The notes beneath the pieces were generated by a model. It worked only from the letters and a program-made list of their open reading frames with translations, searched no databases and was not told the origin of the DNA. Shown one piece after another: positions 39,102 through 49,606 of a stretch of DNA of 64,000 nt. Where the stretch lies: IMG/VR virus record IMGVR_UViG_3300003629_000002. One strand, written 5' to 3'. A program made the position numbers and the translations under genes. Each line of letters starts with the position of its first letter. Position 1 is the first letter of the stretch. The stretch is from an uncultured virus (IMG/VR IMGVR_UViG_3300003629_000002) (lineage: Duplodnaviria; Heunggongvirae; Uroviricota; Caudoviricetes).

Positions 39102-39235
39102 GCGTCCGTGGCCCAATCAGGTACGGCACTCCGCTGATAAAAGAGATAATCAGATGAATATCCCAATATTAATTCGGCATCTGAGTATCACTTGCAGTAA
39201 CGGAGCGATTGTTGGTTCAAATCCAACCGGGCGCA
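39102..39235 (+). tRNA. tRNA-Ile(GAT) with a 60-nt intron (39140-39199) at position 37/38
   Basis: CTCCG-CTGATA|...|A-CGGAG; BHB with one A.G mismatch. Confidence 0.88.
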
Positions 39236-39622
39236 TATGAAGCAATGTTCACGGTGTGACGACGAGAAAGCAATCTTGAATGAGCGTGAAGTCTGTCTCG
39301 ACTGCGCTGATGAGTTCTTTGGATAGATGACGCTTGGAACCTCGGCGGAACTTGATGAACGAGTTGAGAAAGCCGAGGAGTACGGCTACAAGCGAGACTA
39401 CTTTCCCCTTCGATGGAATGGGCATCATATTGTCCTGCTCCACAACGACGCACACAAGACGGATGATGGAAGGGTGTATTTTAGATTAAATCTTACGTGC
39501 CTAAATTGTCACGAGGAACACGGCATTCGCGGAACAATATTTCCGGTTGACGGAATCTACGTGCAAACCATAAAACTTATCCCGTTGGGAAACTACTTCC
39601 TTAATGGGTGCAACTAAGCGTA

Positions 39623-39695
39623 GTCGAGGTGGCAGAGTTTGGTTACGCGGGGGCCTGCAAAGCCTCACACGAGGGTTCGAATCCCTCCCTCGACT
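39623..39695 (+). tRNA. tRNA-Cys(GCA)
   Basis: GGGGC-CTGCAAA-GCCTC; U73. Confidence 0.88.
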
Positions 39696-39701
39696 TTGAG
39701 T

Positions 39702-39785
39702 GCCATCTTAGACATTGGTATGTCAGCGTGTCTTGAAAACACGTAATCCCTTACGGGAATCTCGGTTCGAGTCCGAGAGATGGCG
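39702..39785 (+). tRNA. tRNA-Ser(TGA)
   Basis: CGTGT-CTTGAAA-ACACG, long variable arm. Confidence 0.85.
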
Positions 39786-40429
39786 TAACACTTTTATACT
39801 TGCAGTTCGTACCTTGCATATGGATAGTGACGAGATTACCGAATTTGTGCAAGATATTGGCGCGGAGTATGACGTGTTGCATTTGCAGACACAGCAATTT
39901 AGAGATGAAGCGAGGCAAGCGGATGTTGTGCAAGTTTATAAGCGAATGAACAACGAAAAGATTGGCGGAGAGGTGGCGCTCACTCACGAGATGATGAGCA
40001 ACGGATATACTGACCTGATGGCTCGTCAGATTGAAGAAATGATACGCTCAATCAGAGAAACCGTAATCTCGAATATGGGCACAACATTTGAATATCACGG
40101 GAGAGATATTGCCTGCGGTGTTTCAGGAGAGGTCGCACGAGCGCGATGTGAACAATGCGGCTATGTGACAGAACTCGGTAAATTGCCGTATGTTGTTCAG
40201 GAAAGAACTGGAACGTTTCAGACGATTAATACCGTCGAGCGTTGGAGGAAGCAACGGCTGGCGATGTATATGTGCGAAATGATGGAACGAGAATGTCCCT
40301 GTGGGAAGCAACGGCGCGGGCAACACGACTATAATCGAAACCTTTAAGTACCCGGAGTTCCATAATTAAGTAAGGGGCGAAAGGAGTGATGTGGCGGTAT
40401 CAGGGGAATTTAATATCTATTCCCGTGTT

Positions 40430-40502
40430 GCCCGTATGGTCCAATGGAATACGACACTTGGCTTCGGACCAAGAGATAGGGGTTCGACTCCTCTTACGGG
40501 CG
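40430..40502 (+). tRNA. tRNA-Arg(TCG)
   Basis: CTTGG-CTTCGGA-CCAAG. Confidence 0.9.
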
Positions 40503-40773
40503 TTATGTTAGGCAAGCACCTAATCTGTGATAATTGCGGCGACATCACGTTAGACGCGACATTCGAGGAAGGAGCGTATGTTGACATTCACGGTAGTTAC
40601 GACTACTCCGAGGTTGTCTCCGAAGAAAAGCGTGTATCGAACAAGGTCAAGCACACGGATTGGGTAAGAGAAGCCTTCCCCGACCCCGACGACCCGATTG
40701 CCATCAATTTCGAGGAGTTTTGCCCCGATTGCCAATAGCAAGATTTAAGTAGACGGAGCGTCTATTCTCTTAT

Positions 40774-40846
40774 GGGCGTATGAGGTAGTGGACTATCCCA
40801 CGGGTCTTCTAAACCTGTGACGCGAGTTCGACTCTCGCTACGCCTG
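40774..40846 (+). tRNA. tRNA-Arg(TCT)
   Basis: CGGGT-CTTCTAA-ACCTG. Confidence 0.88.
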
Positions 40847-41336
40847 TCAAATGAAATATAGCATCGCACTTGGTGGACATAGCATCACCTTCGAGGACGG
40901 CACGTTCGAGTGTGCGGATTGCGAGATTACGGAGAGCATTCCGCATATCTTTTACAAGGATGGTGCAGAGAGTGTGCAGAAGTATAAGTATTATGCACTT
41001 GGATTGATTCATCGTCAGCCGTGCGGCGACCCAAATGAGATTGAAGAAATGTTGGACGACCTCGATGGAGGCGCGGCAAGCAGTATCGCAATTGGTGATA
41101 TGTCTGCCGGGAGTGCCCAAATTGATATGGTATCAAATGGTGTTGTAAACGTTGCTGGCGACCAAATTCACCTGAAAGATGGGATGCCTGCTACCTATGA
41201 GGACCAGCAGAAATTGCAGAAGCATATCGAGGTTGCTCGAAAGCAGGACGAGATTCGGAGCAGGATGGGATTGTAGTGCTGTGAAATTTGAAATCGAAAG
41301 TTTTAAATAGTAGGAGTTCCTATACACAGAGTACGC

Positions 41337-41419
41337 GAGTCGGTACGAGAAACGGTTAAACTCACGAGGCTTAGGACCTCGCGCTTAGTGCTTTGCAGGT
41401 TCGAATCCTGTCCGACTCA
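41337..41419 (+). tRNA. tRNA-Leu(TAG)
   Basis: CGAGG-CTTAGGA-CCTCG. Confidence 0.9.
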
Positions 41420-41422
41420 TTT

Positions 41423-41497
41423 CAGCCGAGAGAGTGAGATACTTCAATTCCACCACTATCTTGGGATACAGAATCCAACTCACTCTCAACTTTGCTG
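41423..41497 (+). ncRNA. Small stem-loop RNA with GCCGA...TACTTCAA motif (Y RNA-like)
   Basis: GAGAGTGAG/CTCACTCTC 9-bp stem, CAGC/GCTG ends; lies between two tRNAs. Confidence 0.5.
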
Positions 41498-41506
41498 AAA
41501 CTTCGC

Positions 41507-41590
41507 GCATCTGTAGGGAACTGGCGAAACCCATAGGCTTGAGGGGCCTTGCCCGTAGGGGCTTTCTTGGTTCGATTCCAAGCGGGTGCA
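41507..41590 (+). tRNA. tRNA-Leu(GAG)
   Basis: TAGGC-TTGAGGG-GCCTT. Confidence 0.85.
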
Positions 41591-41593
41591 TAT

Positions 41594-41677
41594 AGGTCGG
41601 TGCGCCGAGTCTGGTTAAGGCAGGAGGTTTAAGCCCTCCCGGTTAGTCCATCGTCGGTTCAAATCCGACCCGGCCTA
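41594..41677 (+). tRNA. tRNA-Leu(TAA)
   Basis: GGAGG-TTTAAGC-CCTCC. Confidence 0.85.
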
Positions 41678-41692
41678 TTGCTGATACTAAGC

Positions 41693-41773
41693 GAGTGAGT
41701 AGCCAATTGGAAACGGCAAGAGGGTCAAATCCTCCGGCAAGGTCCTGTGTAGGTTCGATTCCTACCTCGCTCA
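41693..41773 (+). tRNA. tRNA-Leu(CAA)
   Basis: AGAGG-GTCAAAT-CCTCC. Confidence 0.78.
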
Positions 41774-41825
41774 TGTAACTTTTCTTACGGAAAGATTTAA
41801 GTACGTGTAGTCCCAACAGTCTATT

Positions 41826-42383
41826 ATGGAAAACGAAAACTACTATCTGCAAGAGTTTGAGGAACTCTCCGAGAAAAACTCGTTCAAGGCGGAGCAATGG
41901 TTCGGGAAGCGCGGCGACTTGGTAGAGGAATATGGTTGGGCTATCCCGAATGAGGAAGCAATTGAACACATTGCTGACCTTAGCCCGATTGTCGAAATTG
42001 GTGCAGGGAAGGGCTACTGGGCGCGGCTTCTTCGAGAGGTCGGTGCAACCGTTATCGCATACGACATCGAGCCACCCGGCGAGGACGCTTGGACCTCCGT
42101 TGAGCAAGGCACTCCGAAGATGCTCGAACGCTTCAACGGAGAGTATACGCTTCTTCTATGCTGGCCGCCATACGGTGACGATATGGCGATTAATGCACTT
42201 GAGGCGCACATCGAGCAAGGCGGAACTGATGTTGTCTACGTCGGGGAACACTTCGGCGGCTGTACCGCGAATGAAGCCTTCCATAATGAGATAAAGAAGC
42301 GGTACGCGCTTGCGAACAAGATTACCATTCCGTCATACGAAGGTATTCACGATAACGTGTACCACTACAAGAGGAAACAATAA
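41826..42383 (+). CDS. SAM-dependent methyltransferase-like protein
   Basis: YGWAIP, VEIGAGKGYW, LLLCWPP, YVGE..GCT. Confidence 0.8.
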   Translation: MENENYYLQEFEELSEKNSFKAEQWFGKRGDLVEEYGWAIPNEEAIEHIADLSPIVEIGAGKGYWARLLREVGATVIAYDIEPPGEDAWTSVEQGTPKMLERFNGEYTLLLCWPPYGDDMAINALEAHIEQGGTDVVYVGEHFGGCTANEAFHNEIKKRYALANKITIPSYEGIHDNVYHYKRKQ

Positions 42384-42890
42384 TGGGTCTGAAATGGGAC
42401 GGCGACGACGAGACTGACTCTGGCGCAAATGAGGAAGCAATGCCGGGAGACGACGAACTGGTTGACGTAACCGAGAGTTCGACACAGGAAGGACCTGAAC
42501 GCCCTCCTGAGATGCAAGACGAAATTCCAGATAATCCAGACGACTGTCAGCATCCGTGGGACGGCGTGACTCAAGAGACGATGAAGCGTATCGTACAGGG
42601 AAGTGCAATTGACACAAAGGAGATTTACTGGTGCAACTCCTGCAAGACAATCCTCGATGTAATCGAATGAAGAAGAAATTTAAACAAATCGAGGTTTCGA
42701 CGGAGTTCCTTGTCGAAATGCTAAAGTCTGGCGGCAGGCGTAGCACAGACTTGCCACACGATGCCACGTTTGTCCGAATGTATCCCACGGATAGAGGCTC
42801 GACTTACTGGATTGTGCTTCACTCGGACGAGTGGCGTGAACTTGCAGAAGGCGAGAAAATCCCGCGAACGGAGGTAACGGTGACTGATAT

Positions 42891-43391
42891 ATGCAGGTAG
42901 CACTCGACTTAGAGGAAGTCCTCGCTGACACGATTAGCGAAGCGTGCCACTCTACCGACAATCTTGAGAGCGGCGATTTCAGCAGTTGGGACCTCGATGA
43001 TTATACGTGGCAAGTCTACTCTGGCGTGAGCGATGCCCTCTGGCGACACGACCCGTTGAGCATTCCGGCAGTCGAGCCGGGACTCGCTGAATATACCGAG
43101 TCTATTCACAGCAAGACGGATACGCTTGATATTGTGACAGCAAGGATGCACGTTGACGAGTCGGTCGAACTCTGGCTTGAGCATCACGGAATCTGCTACG
43201 ATTCAATTGTGTCAACTCGCACGCCGAAGCACGAGTTAGGTTACGACCTCTATGTAGACGATAATCCAGAAATGTTTGGAAATTGCCGCCTGCTCTTGAG
43301 GCATCATCCACATAATTCAGAATTGGACGACATTCGTAGCAAGTCGTGTGATAGGATTCATAGTCTTGCTGAAGCCGTTGACTTCATATGA
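42891..43391 (+). CDS. HAD-like 5'(3')-nucleotidase family protein
   Basis: VALDLEEVLAD, IVTAR, YVDDNP, HPHN. Confidence 0.75.
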   Translation: MQVALDLEEVLADTISEACHSTDNLESGDFSSWDLDDYTWQVYSGVSDALWRHDPLSIPAVEPGLAEYTESIHSKTDTLDIVTARMHVDESVELWLEHHGICYDSIVSTRTPKHELGYDLYVDDNPEMFGNCRLLLRHHPHNSELDDIRSKSCDRIHSLAEAVDFI

Positions 43392-43966
43392 GATTATTAT
43401 TTACGAAGCAACGAGTGCGACACGAGCGAGTCGTCTTTGCTGTGAGTTGTTCCAACTGCGACTATTATGTTGCGCTGGTCCTCGATGAAAAGGATGGCGT
43501 CTATCGAGGAACGCCAAATGAAGCCTTTCTCGAAGGGCTGATGCGAATGATGGCGATGGACAATTGTGATTGCACGAGTTCAGATAGATGGGAGCGTCCG
43601 TTCAGATGAAGGAACCAGACTGGTGCAATATGGGATACGGCGTCAACTGCTACGAGGCAAAATGTAAGTATTGCGAAGAAACTGCAAGGCTCGCGTTTGG
43701 CGATAACGAGAAAGAACTGCTCACGATAAAGTGTCAAGACGAACTGGGTAGAAAGCAGATGGAACTGTGCGAATTTGTGTTCCATTTTGTCCTCATTAAG
43801 TTGCGACGGGAGTGTAATTGTGATATAAATCGAAAGGTTTAAATAGGAGTAGTTCTTATAGGTATAATACGGAAGATGGCTGGTGGTCCAATGGGTTCAA
43901 CTCCCTTCCAGCCAACTACGATGAGAAGACCTGAGACGACACTCATCTAAACAAATGCCGCTCTGC

Positions 43967-44041
43967 GCGTGCATAGTTCAATCTGGTTAGAATAGGCCGC
44001 TTACATCGGCCCGGTTGGAGGTTCAAATCCTCCTGCACGCA
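43967..44041 (+). tRNA. tRNA-Val(TAC)
   Basis: GGCCG-CTTACAT-CGGCC. Confidence 0.9.
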
Positions 44042-44065
44042 CTCAATGTAAACCCATTGTTGCAA

Positions 44066-44191
44066 ATGGTAAGACAAACCATCCATTGTGGATGTGGTAA
44101 CGTGTTCAAACAAACGCAGTCTGTCGAGGTATGCGAGAAATGCGGCTCGCGGCATTACCGCCACGGCGTCTCGTATAACTTCGAAGAATAG
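44066..44191 (+). CDS. 41-aa zinc-ribbon microprotein
   Basis: HCGCG...CEKCGS. Confidence 0.55.
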   Translation: MVRQTIHCGCGNVFKQTQSVEVCEKCGSRHYRHGVSYNFEE

Positions 44192-44209
44192 CCTCGTCGG
44201 AGGCTTCGC

Positions 44210-44284
44210 GGGCGTGTGGTCCAACTCGGTTAAGATGCCGTCTTGACTTGGCGGAGATTTACGGTTCGAATCCGTTCACGCCCA
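44210..44284 (+). tRNA. tRNA-Val(GAC)
   Basis: CCGTC-TTGACTT-GGCGG; U37. Confidence 0.85.
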
Positions 44285-44596
44285 TTCGGAAGATTTAAAT
44301 ACTCGGAGTACCATATGCTATATATGGAAGAACGAGACGTTGAATCTGTCACTCCCATCGAAGAAACTGATTGGGAGAATGACTCGAAGTGTATGTCTGC
44401 CAATGTGGATATGTCTGCCGCGTGCGATAACAGCGCAGACAAAGAACTCGCAGTAGTCTATGAGAACGAGCCTGATAAGACGTTCTACACTATTCTCTGC
44501 GAGGAATGTGCGAGCGACTACTTGCGAAAGTGGGACATCGCGCAAATCTACGGAGACTCTGCAATCGAGGACGATAGCGATTATAAGATAAACTGA

Positions 44597-44682
44597 GCCG
44601 TTGGTTGAGCAACTTGGTTCGCTCACCTGTCTGGAACACAGGCTCCCTTCGGGGAATGCAGGTTCAAATCCTGCCCACGGCG
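44597..44682 (+). tRNA. tRNA-Ser(GGA)
   Basis: CCTGT-CTGGAAC-ACAGG, long variable arm. Confidence 0.85.
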
Positions 44683-45621
44683 TAACCTTTTTATACCTGC
44701 GCGTCAATGCATAGATATGCAAATTAATGACGCGAGTCCCGAGGTCGCTGAGTTTCCAAATTCAGCGATGGACCAACCGAAAGAGGATTGGATTGCAGAG
44801 AATAAGCGACAGATTCAGTTGCAATATATCGTGACGTGGTATCTCGAAGAATATTATGCGGATACGCTCGATGAAATGCAGGGCGATAAGGACTGCCTTG
44901 AAATAACTGATATTAGCATTTCGGCAGACGATGGCCTCACGGTATGGGCGCAGTCGTTCAACCAAAAGAGTTAAATACTTCGAGAAACATCTCTTAGTAT
45001 GGTAGTTATCGAGTTAGATGACAATATTCGCATAGGCTCGTATGGTGTTGCTCAAATCAATGGGCATCACGTCGCGTTTGGTGCAATGCCTGACAAGTAT
45101 CAGGCAAAGTGTATTGCGTGCGAGCGAGAGTTCGTGAGAGATTCTGACTATTTTCAACTCCACGGACTCGATGCACAAAACTTTCAGTTATATTCATTTC
45201 ACCTCTTTCTGAAGCACGACTGCGACGAGCAGTACGACGATATTGCTGACGTTATCAGCGATAAAGTGATGATGGACTACATCGGAAAACCGATTACGGA
45301 TAGTGTGCAAGTCTCGATGGAGCGAGAAATCGAGCAACTTCTCGGATGGAGAGCGAGTGTTGACCTGAACACGGACGCAAACGTAACCTTTAAGTAGGAG
45401 GACCCCATATATTAATCTATGAGTAAAGTAGTAACCAGCATCACGATGATTACGGAAAAGGAAGTCTCGGACTCGGACAAAGAAGATGTTCTCGAATCCC
45501 ACGACGCCGACAGTCTCGCTGAAGTCGCGTCACAGATGGAGCCATCTGTTGAGAGTATTCTCGCTCGAACGTTTCGAGATGCAGAAATTGCTGTCCTCGA
45601 TGTGAACACAGAGGTCGAGGA

Positions 45622-46074
45622 ATGAGTGATTTCAAGTTTTCGAGCCGTCGCTCTCCCGTGATTATGGTCTGCGGCGCGACCACCTACGAGGACCCATTCT
45701 CGTGGCAGGATGACGTTGCATCTGAGTATCCTGACTACGAGTTCGTCAATCCGTATGAAATCGGAGGCGATGTCGCTGACCCCTACGATAACCCCGAGCA
45801 AATTATGGAACCTGTCGTCGCAAAAATCGAGCAAGACGTTGACGGTCTGCTTGTCTCGTGGCAGGACGATGCTTTTCTTGCAGGGGCAGTCGTCTATATG
45901 CGAGAGGCGCATCGGAAAGGCATTCCAATTGTTCTCTGGTATCAGGGCGACCGTGACAAGATGCAGATTCCCCTCTCGTGGATGATGCGCTCCTATCACG
46001 AGGACCGAGCAACTGCAATCAAAGTATTGCTCTCGCTTCTTGGAGATAATGAAGTCTTGGTTGATTCTCCATGA
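45622..46074 (+). CDS. Nucleoside 2-deoxyribosyltransferase-like fold protein
   Basis: MVCGA....W, FVNP, DGLLV, G...A...GIPIV; usual catalytic Glu not evident. Confidence 0.5.
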   Translation: MSDFKFSSRRSPVIMVCGATTYEDPFSWQDDVASEYPDYEFVNPYEIGGDVADPYDNPEQIMEPVVAKIEQDVDGLLVSWQDDAFLAGAVVYMREAHRKGIPIVLWYQGDRDKMQIPLSWMMRSYHEDRATAIKVLLSLLGDNEVLVDSP

Positions 46075-46663
46075 ATCCAGAAGATGTTTCTAATTGGGTG
46101 TATCTGCATAATAAGAAGAAATATGAGGAGCGCCCATACCGAGAGTGCGAGAATTGTTCTCGAAATAAACTCCGCTGGACAAAACGAATTGCATTCGGTA
46201 TTCCGTTTATCGGAACATCGAAAGCGATACTGCAAGAGTATTGCAGTAATTGCAAGTATTCCAGCGACATAATTAAACGAGAAGTAGAATGACTGTTGGA
46301 GATATGAATATGGTTCTCTCTGCGGCAGATGTTTGCGAGGGAATACGGCACGTTCAGGAATCTGACGATACCGTCGAGAGCATATTCGTAAATCCAGCAG
46401 GACTTGAAGATATTCGCACGGACAGCAACTTTATGCAGGAGCAGGACCTCCTCTTGGCTGATAACGAGATTAATGTTATCGCAAAATTGTGGTGGTTTCG
46501 TCGTGATAAAGGAAATCCTGAAGGCATTATGTTTGATATTCCTGTATTTCTGAAAGATATTGACTCGAAGTATCCGGCGGCGAAGATTATCGGCAGTCGC
46601 GTGATAGTGCTTGTCGAAGGCTAATCGAAACCTTTATATGAGTATGACTCGTTGATAGAGTGT

Positions 46664-49606
46664 ATGAGTGGACTAACGTCATTCAGTTCGGAACGCGAGC
46701 GGCTCAAAGTTATGACGATGGAATACACGATGGAGGAAGACGGCCACCGTGTACCGGAACCCATCGTGCAACTCTTTTGTCGTGACGCTGAGGGGAATCG
46801 GCGGTATGTGGAGGTAGAGGGCTTTCATCCGTACTTCTACATTTCGGAGGACGAGTTTCGCGCAAATCAGGACGACCTTCTCAACGAAGGGGCAATCCGC
46901 TCCATCGAGACACGCGAGAAACTTGTAAAAGACGAACATTCGATGAATGTCACGATTGAGACATCCGATGAGCCGCCTGCTCGGACGTTGCAGGGTCAAC
47001 GGCTTGTCAAAATCTATACGGTGAATCCGAAGCACGTCAAGGACCTGCGAGACTTCTTCGACAAGACGTGGGAGGCTGACGTGTTCTTCACCAATCGTTT
47101 CCTGATTACGACTGGTATCAAGCGTGGACTTGAGGTTCCAACAGGCGAGGAACGAGTCCACGTTGACTCCATCGAGGCGACCGAAGACTTGCCTGATGTT
47201 GAGCCACGGATGCTGACCATCGACATTGAGGTGTGGAGCGGCGGCGTCTTCCCTGATACGGAAGAAGCGCGAAATCCGATTACATCGTATACGATTCACG
47301 ATACGTACAGCGATACCTATAAGGCCGCGATTCTTCACCCGAGCGCGACACCGCAAGGCCGCGATGTAGACGGCGTATGGAACGAGGATGAAGTATCGTG
47401 GGAGTATCCTGATGGCGTTGACGGAGGCCGCGTAGATATGCAGGTCTACCACGACGAGGCACAGATGCTCGGAGAAGCAAACGAGTGGATTATCGACAAG
47501 GACCCTGACCTGCTTACCGGATGGAACTCAAGCAGAAACGATATTGGCAATGGATTCGACTATCCGTACTGGATTAACCGATGCGAATCCATTAACGAGT
47601 GGTCGTTCGCTGAACTCTCGCCATTGAAGCAGACGTTCACGACTCGCTCGGGCACGCCGATGGTTAAAGGCCGCGAGATGTTCGATATGCTTCAAGCGTA
47701 CAAGAAGACGCAGATTCACGAGAAGAAGTCCTACGCCTTGGGGTATATTGCGGAAGCGGAACTCGGCTACGGCAAGGAAGATATTGAATCGCTGGACGAC
47801 GGCTGGTTGTTCGAGCCGGTCGAGTTTATGCGATATAACATTCGTGACACGGATGCTGTTGTAAAAATCGAGGATGCTAAGGGTGTGCTGGATATGTACG
47901 ACCATATTCGTCACGTTACCGGAACCTCCTACAGCGAATGCGCTGACTCGAATATCGGCATCATCGACGTGTTGTTCCTTCGGCAAGCCTATGAGAAAGG
48001 ATTCGCGCTTCCAACGTCCGTCAAGCCTGAGCGTGACTGGTATGGCGGCGGTCGTGTCTTCAATCCGGTTCCGGGGAAGCACGAGAATGTCGTCTACCCT
48101 GACCTTGCAAGTCTCTATCCGTATCTGATGTGGTCGCTCAACGTCTCTCCTGAGACTGTGTTCGACACTTTGTCTGAGGCACGGGAGGCAGGCTATGAGG
48201 AAGACGACCTCTATCGAGCGTTTGTTGACCGTCGAGATGACGAGGTAAAGCGAGACGAAGGACTCGAACCTGTCAGGAAGTTCGACGAAATTCTGAAAGG
48301 GAACAGCGTAGAGTACGACGATAGCAACAAGATTTACTATACAAAGCCTGAAGTAAAAGAAGGATTCGTCCGAGAAATCATCACAGAAATGACGGATATG
48401 AAGTACGAATACAAGAAAGATGATTATTCCGACGAAAAATACGATGCAGTTAAGAGGATTGTCAACTCTCTATACGGGGTCTTTGGGGACTCTGCGTCCT
48501 ACGGAAAGGGTTTCCGCCTGTTCGACTGGCGACTTGCCGAAACTATCACGCTTGCTGGTCAGATGGTCGTCACGTACACGTCGATGGAGTTCGAGCAGTT
48601 CCTTCAGGGTCACGGCTATCCTGACGCAAAGCGTGTCGGGGGAGACACGGACAGCGTAATGACAAAGATTCCCGGCCTCGATGTAACGCCGGAAGAAATT
48701 CAAGAAGACTTCCTGCGGATGCAATCGGGAGAGGAGCCAGAAATGCCGTTCTTCCAAGCGGCGCAGTACGTTAACTCCAGTTACGACGAGTTTATGGCAG
48801 AGCAGTTCAACATTACCGACCCTTCGATGCATAAGATGGAAGTCGAAATCGAGTCATACGCAGATGCGCTGTTCTTCCTGCGAGACTTCAAGTCGAACGA
48901 CCCGGAGAAAGGTGTCAAGAAGCGGTACAGCCAATTGGTCACTTGGGACGAGGGTGAGATAATCGAGGAGCCTGAGCCTGCGACAAAGGGCTTCGAGTTG
49001 GTTAGAAGCGACACGGCAGAGTTGACGACTCGGGTTCAGGAAGGCGTCCTCTATCGATTGCTCAAGCAGGATGAGCCAAAATCGAGCGTGCAAGAATATC
49101 TCAAAGAAAACTGGGATGCGTCCATCTCGGGAGAGATTTCACCTGACTTAATCGGCATTCCGTCTGCAATCAGCAAGCCGCTTGACGAATACGGCGGGCC
49201 GAACAAGAATGGCAAGTATATGACTCCACAGCCGCATATTCGTGGAGCGAAGTATGCGAATGTCCACATCGACGGCGAGACTATCGGGTCAGGCGATAAG
49301 CCGCTGATGTTCTACGTTGACCGCGTGGGCCATCCGTATCCCGACGTATACGTCTATCAGGAGAATTGGAGTCGCGGCTCGGGCGAGATTCCGAATGACG
49401 AGACACAGAAGGAACTTGGTCGAGACGTTGACGCAATCTCGCTGAATGACGTTCGTCACTTACCGGAGGAGATTCGCATTGACTATGAGAAGATGTCTCG
49501 CAAGACTCTCAGGAGGCCCATTGAACCGATTGTGAAAACGATGGACTGGGACTTCGACAACTTGGTCGCAGATTCGGACCAATCTGGATTGTCGCAGTTT
49601 ATGTAG
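46664..49606 (+). CDS. polB: Family B DNA polymerase (no intein)
   Basis: DIE exonuclease, DLASLYP, KRIVNSLYG, GDTDS, KKRY. Confidence 0.97.
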   Translation: MSGLTSFSSERERLKVMTMEYTMEEDGHRVPEPIVQLFCRDAEGNRRYVEVEGFHPYFYISEDEFRANQDDLLNEGAIRSIETREKLVKDEHSMNVTIETSDEPPARTLQGQRLVKIYTVNPKHVKDLRDFFDKTWEADVFFTNRFLITTGIKRGLEVPTGEERVHVDSIEATEDLPDVEPRMLTIDIEVWSGGVFPDTEEARNPITSYTIHDTYSDTYKAAILHPSATPQGRDVDGVWNEDEVSWEYPDGVDGGRVDMQVYHDEAQMLGEANEWIIDKDPDLLTGWNSSRNDIGNGFDYPYWINRCESINEWSFAELSPLKQTFTTRSGTPMVKGREMFDMLQAYKKTQIHEKKSYALGYIAEAELGYGKEDIESLDDGWLFEPVEFMRYNIRDTDAVVKIEDAKGVLDMYDHIRHVTGTSYSECADSNIGIIDVLFLRQAYEKGFALPTSVKPERDWYGGGRVFNPVPGKHENVVYPDLASLYPYLMWSLNVSPETVFDTLSEAREAGYEEDDLYRAFVDRRDDEVKRDEGLEPVRKFDEILKGNSVEYDDSNKIYYTKPEVKEGFVREIITEMTDMKYEYKKDDYSDEKYDAVKRIVNSLYGVFGDSASYGKGFRLFDWRLAETITLAGQMVVTYTSMEFEQFLQGHGYPDAKRVGGDTDSVMTKIPGLDVTPEEIQEDFLRMQSGEEPEMPFFQAAQYVNSSYDEFMAEQFNITDPSMHKMEVEIESYADALFFLRDFKSNDPEKGVKKRYSQLVTWDEGEIIEEPEPATKGFELVRSDTAELTTRVQEGVLYRLLKQDEPKSSVQEYLKENWDASISGEISPDLIGIPSAISKPLDEYGGPNKNGKYMTPQPHIRGAKYANVHIDGETIGSGDKPLMFYVDRVGHPYPDVYVYQENWSRGSGEIPNDETQKELGRDVDAISLNDVRHLPEEIRIDYEKMSRKTLRRPIEPIVKTMDWDFDNLVADSDQSGLSQFM

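Noticed and set aside
46664..49606. Intein in PolB
   Set aside because: Polymerase motifs are contiguous and the length is normal
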